Virus record (IMG/VR): IMGVR_UViG_3300008448_000009
Span: 55,282 to 119,281 of that record
Direction: 5' to 3' (one strand)
DNA length: 64,000 nucleotides
DNA from: a virus
Both the position numbers and the translations under genes were made by a program. Under the pieces are notes generated by a model that was given only the letters and a program-made list of their open reading frames with translations, ran no database searches and had not been told where the DNA came from. Shown one piece after another: positions 59,371-64,000 of this stretch (its first letter is position 1; each line of letters opens with the position of its first letter).

Positions 59371-59511
59371 TTAAATAATTTCAGTAGGGTCTAACACTAC
59401 TTCGCCCTCGATAGTAAAGTCAGCGCCACAATCGTCACAACATAACATTGTATCAGGAAAATCAAAATCTTCACGTATATTGGTTCCTATGCAAATTGGA
59501 CAAGTTTCCAT
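59371..59511 (-). CDS. 46-aa zinc-ribbon protein (not in ORF track)
   Basis: METCPIC...CCDDCG; motif directly before ATG. Confidence 0.55.
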   Translation of the reverse strand: METCPICIGTNIREDFDFPDTMLCCDDCGADFTIEGEVVLDPTEII

Positions 59512-59521
59512 ATAAGTTTAT

Positions 59522-59785
59522 TTAGTTTGTATAATATTGAAATGGTTTTTGTTCGCCCTCGTGAGTGTACCAAATTGTATGCAACACTTTTTTATTTTTA
59601 ACTTGACCCTCTAACGTAACGCTATCGGGATTAAGTTTATCGGGTTGACTAATTAGTTCACGATAAAACATAAGTGCCAACTCATAATCAACAAAAGCAA
59701 TATTGATTTTAAGGTTTTTGGTTCTTACAATAAACTTATCGTATATTCCCAAATTTTCCGATGGTTTCATTTTTTTGGTTAACAT
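59522..59785 (-). CDS. hypothetical early protein
   Basis: Between motifs. Confidence 0.55.
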   Translation of the reverse strand: MLTKKMKPSENLGIYDKFIVRTKNLKINIAFVDYELALMFYRELISQPDKLNPDSVTLEGQVKNKKVLHTIWYTHEGEQKPFQYYTN

Positions 59786-59791
59786 ATAAGT

Positions 59792-60136
59792 TTATTTAAT
59801 TTGGTTAAACTCTAATATTCCTACTATACAACTATTGGTATAAAACGAATTGCGTATGCAAGTTTTGTCAAACGCATAAATTTCGTGCCACGTATTGTCG
59901 TGTCTATACTTAACAAGGTACAACTTCATAAACTGCTTAAATGGAATAATCATTCCCATAAGCATATAATTACCTTTGCCACTATTGGCTTGGATATTAT
60001 GAAATAATGTATCTTTGTCTAAACGTGAAAGTTTTTGTCCGTTGGCAAGTGCTTGGAAATACTTATAAGCCATTGACCCTAAAATACTATCCAAAGTGCC
60101 ACGTTCATTAAATGGATAAGGTTGTGTGATTTTCAT
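59792..60136 (-). CDS. hypothetical early protein
   Basis: Promoter 60167. Confidence 0.55.
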   Translation of the reverse strand: MKITQPYPFNERGTLDSILGSMAYKYFQALANGQKLSRLDKDTLFHNIQANSGKGNYMLMGMIIPFKQFMKLYLVKYRHDNTWHEIYAFDKTCIRNSFYTNSCIVGILEFNQIK

Positions 60137-60250
60137 TGTGATATAAGTTTAATTGGTTTTCGAGTGCAAATATATACAAACATTTGAATAAAAAAAATTT
60201 TTTTTAAACTTTTTTTTGTTTTATCTTTGTACCCAATTAAATAAACTTAT

Positions 60251-60460
60251 ATGGTTACACTACACCCTACGGACTATGTGATATACGATAGAGCCAACGA
60301 CCACGTTATACAATTTGAAAGCGATGGTGCTATTGTTATCTTTGGCGACAAAGCTGAAGCTGAAGAAGATTGTCGAGGAAACGAAGAAGTTATCCCTTGC
60401 ACCGAACTTCCGTTGCACCACCAAGAAACTCTTAAACAACAAATAGCAAAACAATTATGA
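60251..60460 (+). CDS. hypothetical early protein (divergent)
   Basis: TATCTTTG at 60223 and ATAAACTTAT-ATG on plus strand. Confidence 0.65.
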   Translation: MVTLHPTDYVIYDRANDHVIQFESDGAIVIFGDKAEAEEDCRGNEEVIPCTELPLHHQETLKQQIAKQL

Positions 60461-60597
60461 AAAAGTTTACCCCTGTTATCCTGTCTTTACTCCTTGTCTT
60501 TATGATGGGCTACGATTTTAAAAACTTTTGGTTATACGTACTGATACTTCTTATCTACATTACCAATTATTCTAAAGTCAAAAAACTCTTTGAATAA
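60457..60597 (+). CDS. 46-aa hydrophobic protein (not in ORF track)
   Basis: ATGA overlap; MKKFTPVILSLLLVFMMG... Confidence 0.45.
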   Translation: MKKFTPVILSLLLVFMMGYDFKNFWLYVLILLIYITNYSKVKKLFE

Positions 60598-60799
60598 GCC
60601 ACGATAATTTTTTCTGTGCCTTATCTTATATCTTTTGGATTATAATTCAACTGGCGGCCTCTGTGAAGCTCAAAGCCACAAAAGTGTACACTGGTGTCTG
60701 TCGCCACCTGTGGCGTAAACGCACATAACACAAAAGGGCTACCGTCATCTGGTAGCCCTGTTTGCTGGAAACAATTAAACAGCTTATAAAACCTATTTG

Positions 60800-60868
60800 T
60801 AATGCCGACTGGATTCGAACCAGTGTTTCTACTCAACGTAGCGTCCTCGACCGCTAGACGACAGCATC
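60800..60868 (-). tRNA. tRNA-like RNA with shortened anticodon arm (loop GTTGA; Gln/Glu-like body)
   Basis: GATGCTG/CGGCATT acceptor stem, D-arm GTCTAGCGGTCGAGGAC, T-arm ACTGG-TTCGAAT-CCAGT. Confidence 0.7.
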
Positions 60869-61229
60869 AACCTGAACTGGCAGCTTCCCTGTTCAGGGCG
60901 CATAGCGTTTGCAACCGCTACACTTGTTCAACTTCTAGGTGACACTAACAAGATGCCTCTTGTACAGGTAGATATTACTTTACTCCGAACCAATCATCGA
61001 AACCCGTTCTTAAACAACTCTAGTTGTTGAACCATTTAAACTTATGCGTTAGACCTACCGAACCTACTGGAAACTCAATCTAACTGTGGACACAAAAGTG
61101 TACATAAGTTTATGTAATAACCCAATCCCTTCCCTATTGGTATGTAACTTGCGTTTATATTATCACATATTTTCTGTTGCAAAGATAAGGTGAATTTTTC
61201 AATCCACCAAATCTTTTACAACTTTTTTT

Positions 61230-61925
61230 TTAACTTTCTGCAACAATCAAAGTTTCGTACTCAACTTGTGTTAAGTTTCGAGGTGTTGTCAAAGGTTCAA
61301 ATTTGCCTTGTGTTTTAATCATAATGCAATCACCTTGTCTTAATATCTTTTCGATATTGCCTTGTGGTACATTGGTTGTAATAGTCCAAGCAATACACTC
61401 AATAGCGTTTAGTTCCTTGTAACCCTCTCGTCTATCATACCAAGTGTTATCTCTATTGGTGTTAAATACGCTTTGTGGTTCAATCCAAATAAGGTATTCT
61501 CTATCGGTTGAAGTATCTTTGCACTTCACATAGAAACTATCTTCCATTTTTTGACTACCACTTAACCCTTGACTAAACACTTCACCTTTCACTCGATAAA
61601 GTTCGTAAGTATCATCATATTCAAATGTATGTAACTCACCATTTTCATTTACCCAAGTTGTACTTTTGGTTAGTGTTTTTCTATCCAATAAGATAGGGTT
61701 CACTTCGGAAGTAAGTCTTTCCAACCCCAACGCACCTATTCCAATTCTACGTTGTTCCAAGTTTGGTAATTGTGCAATATCGGAAAAAGTTGCTGGTACA
61801 ATATCATTCCAAAAGTCAGCCAAAGGACTTAATACTTCGGGACATACATCACCATACTTTAATCTTGCAATTTTGCAACCCAAGTCGTAATCAAATGCTA
61901 CGTTGTTTAATACTAATTTTGCCAT
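61230..61925 (-). CDS. DUF6745-like protein
   Basis: NLEQRR..KDTSTDREY..AWT..RQGD; family assignment from memory. Confidence 0.5.
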   Translation of the reverse strand: MAKLVLNNVAFDYDLGCKIARLKYGDVCPEVLSPLADFWNDIVPATFSDIAQLPNLEQRRIGIGALGLERLTSEVNPILLDRKTLTKSTTWVNENGELHTFEYDDTYELYRVKGEVFSQGLSGSQKMEDSFYVKCKDTSTDREYLIWIEPQSVFNTNRDNTWYDRREGYKELNAIECIAWTITTNVPQGNIEKILRQGDCIMIKTQGKFEPLTTPRNLTQVEYETLIVAES

Positions 61926-62027
61926 TGTTTAATTGTTTTAATTGGTTTAATCTTTTGCAAATGTAAATATAAAAAAATAATCTACCAAATAAATGATAGA
62001 TTATTTTTAAATTATTTTTAGATAAGT

Positions 62028-62672
62028 TTATTCACCCTCTTTGTAAACATAACTTCTGAAAAACAAAGTAACTTTTAAAGTGTTACCTTTGGTTTCAATT
62101 TCAGCACCATTGTCATTGGTATTCCAATTTTCATCTTGTCCGTCAATCAACTCACCCAATACTTCGGGTTCGTATTTATCCCAATAATCACTTATCTTTT
62201 TAGCTATGCTTTCTTCGAGTTCTTCGTGTCGGTCAGTTTTGATAAAATCAACTTTGTAGTTGAAATTTGCATCATTACCCCAATCAACATTTATGTTGCT
62301 AACGAATAAGTTTATGTAATTTATTTCTTCTTCGGTCATTTCAATAAATTCATCAAACTCCTCAAATTCTTCGTATTCTTCGGTTGAAGATTTTGAATAA
62401 TCAAATCCGTCTTGTTCATCGTTAAGATAAACATAAACATTCCCACGTTCACCCATATAGTGTCCGTCAGAATTTACATAAAATTCTACATTGTCATAGA
62501 TTTTGTTTTCAAAGTAATCTTCAATTTCTTTGCACTCGATTAACTCACCCTCTTTATCTAAAATGTTAAGGTTAGTTTCGTTCATACTATCGCCACCACA
62601 ATCGAACTCATAGTCGATATGGTCTACTCCGTTTTCTTTCCATAATTGGATAATTTTTTCTTTTTCTGACAT
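62028..62672 (-). CDS. acidic DUF6878-like protein
   Basis: FDCGGDSM motif; family assignment from memory. Confidence 0.5.
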   Translation of the reverse strand: MSEKEKIIQLWKENGVDHIDYEFDCGGDSMNETNLNILDKEGELIECKEIEDYFENKIYDNVEFYVNSDGHYMGERGNVYVYLNDEQDGFDYSKSSTEEYEEFEEFDEFIEMTEEEINYINLFVSNINVDWGNDANFNYKVDFIKTDRHEELEESIAKKISDYWDKYEPEVLGELIDGQDENWNTNDNGAEIETKGNTLKVTLFFRSYVYKEGE

Positions 62673-62686
62673 AAGTTTATTTAATT

Positions 62687-63103
62687 TTAATTGGTTACTT
62701 GTTCTTCTTCTTGTTTAAGTTTATCCAATAAGTCGGTTGCGAATTGTGTCGCTATTGGATTTTCAACATCTTTAACTCCGTTATGTATCCAACTCGGAAG
62801 TGTTAAATGTTTCAGATAATCTTCAAGTGTTGGTACAAACTTCATTCTAAAATCTTCTGCAACGTGCAACATCGCAATATCAATCGTATCAACTCGTTTT
62901 CCATTTGAATTGATAAGGTTGTACCCAAAAATTTTAGGTATAATGTTGTAACAAAACCATACGTTATGCGTTACAAGTCGTGATGAATTGTTATTCATAC
63001 ACGCTTTCGGACTATCAATAAGTTCGTGTATTGCTAAATAATCTTCTACTTTGCCACCCCAACGCTTTACTGAACTTTGAGAGTGAATTTGTGCGTTTGC
63101 CAT
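62687..63103 (-). CDS. DUF6915-like His-rich protein
   Basis: HSQSSVKRWGG..DYLAIHELIDS..H..HVAEDF..PTLEDYL. Confidence 0.6.
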   Translation of the reverse strand: MANAQIHSQSSVKRWGGKVEDYLAIHELIDSPKACMNNNSSRLVTHNVWFCYNIIPKIFGYNLINSNGKRVDTIDIAMLHVAEDFRMKFVPTLEDYLKHLTLPSWIHNGVKDVENPIATQFATDLLDKLKQEEEQVTN

Positions 63104-63202
63104 AATATAATTGTTTTAATTGGTTCGGCAAATGTATAAATAAAAAAATAATCTACCAAACAAATGATAGATTATTTTTAAATTATTTTTGGATAAGTTT
63201 AT

Positions 63203-63469
63203 TTAGTCCCAAACTCTTGAAACTGATTGACTAAATGGATTGTACTCCACTTGTTGTCCCATTACCCAATTACCTTGTTCCACTTGCAAACCTCGATGTT
63301 CATTTGAGAAATCGCCATTGGGTTTTTCGTGTCGTAAGATAGTAGTTTCTTTCACTTTGATTGGTGCGAAATCTTTAACGATGTTATCGTTATCCATATC
63401 GAATTTACCAACCAACGTATGTTGGTGTATTCCCTCACCTAACAAAATTGTTTTTCTTGTTTGTAACAT
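63203..63469 (-). CDS. small His-motif protein
   Basis: GEGIHQH..HE..EH..QVEYNP. Confidence 0.55.
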   Translation of the reverse strand: MLQTRKTILLGEGIHQHTLVGKFDMDNDNIVKDFAPIKVKETTILRHEKPNGDFSNEHRGLQVEQGNWVMGQQVEYNPFSQSVSRVWD

Positions 63470-63534
63470 AAGATTATTGTTTAATTGATTATTATTTTGC
63501 AAATCTACGATATTAATTTATATCTACCAAATTT

Positions 63535-63813
63535 TTATTTAACTTTTTTTGAAACTGCTATTTGTTCTTGGCTAAACTTATCACTTGCATATAAAGTTAT
63601 TTGTTGTCTATTGTTATAAGCTGGGTGTTGTCTATGCCTGAATTGGTGAATAACCTTATCTGCTTTTTTATAGCTGCCCATATATTGCCACGCCTCACCA
63701 TTGTGAAGAGCAACTTTGGGTTCTTCAATCCCCTCGTTAATTGGGTGTTGCCCCAATCGTTCCCACATATCAATCCATTCGGGAGTTTCTGCTTCTATTA
63801 ATACAAATTCCAT
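63535..63813 (-). CDS. hypothetical early protein
   Basis: EAWQYMGS..HQFRHRQHP; motif before ATG. Confidence 0.6.
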   Translation of the reverse strand: MEFVLIEAETPEWIDMWERLGQHPINEGIEEPKVALHNGEAWQYMGSYKKADKVIHQFRHRQHPAYNNRQQITLYASDKFSQEQIAVSKKVK

Positions 63814-63819
63814 ATAAGT

Positions 63820-64000
63820 TTATTCTTTTAACCAATGCGTTACAATTTGGTTGCTCACGTTGAAGTGGCTTTTATCCTTTCCGTTGGCGTCAACATTTAT
63901 AGTATAGGTTGCATCAAGTCTATGGGTATTGCCCATTGTTGTTTTTGTCTTAACAAGATACTTGCCACCAACCTTTGGTTTCTCAATAGTAATATCAATC
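63820..64000 (-). CDS. 5'-truncated hypothetical protein
   Basis: Frame open to window edge, stop inside motif. Confidence 0.45.
   Translation of the reverse strand, partial: IDITIEKPKVGGKYLVKTKTTMGNTHRLDATYTINVDANGKDKSHFNVSNQIVTHWLKE

Noticed and set aside
60621-60836. 71-aa ORF
   Set aside because: Overlaps the tRNA-like element and hairpins; lacks the local start context
1-64000. Stop-codon reassignment as in some Bacteroidota phages
   Set aside because: Core genes are full length in code 11; the two split genes change frame rather than read through

Overview
AT-rich segment of a large T4-like (myovirus, probably jumbo) phage read in standard genetic code. It has TAnnTTTG/TTTG promoters and no Shine-Dalgarno motifs, which points to a Bacteroidota host. 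From 1 to 25 kb lie the baseplate/spike genes and a head module (major capsid, scaffold, prohead protease, portal, large terminase, acidic core proteins, a DUF285 surface protein). From 25 to 47.7 kb lie accessory genes (thyA, ClpC, thioredoxin, nucleases, a glycosyltransferase, a nucleotidyltransferase, an ADP-ribosyltransferase-like protein, an LRR protein). From 47.7 to 50.8 kb is a repeat-rich boundary with G-tracts, DnaA-box-like sites and simple repeats, a likely terminus or origin. From 48 to 64 kb is an early-type region of short genes driven by repeated host promoters. Main observations: (1) more than 35 copies of a dyad 10-mer ATAA-AC-TTAT tile the early region; (2) late genes share an N-terminal IKxLLRE-type leader that looks like a capsid-targeting/protease signal on diverse enzymes; (3) two apparent -1 frameshift fusions; (4) a tRNA with a shortened anticodon arm and other structured RNA candidates. 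All family calls are from motif recognition by eye; no database was searched.
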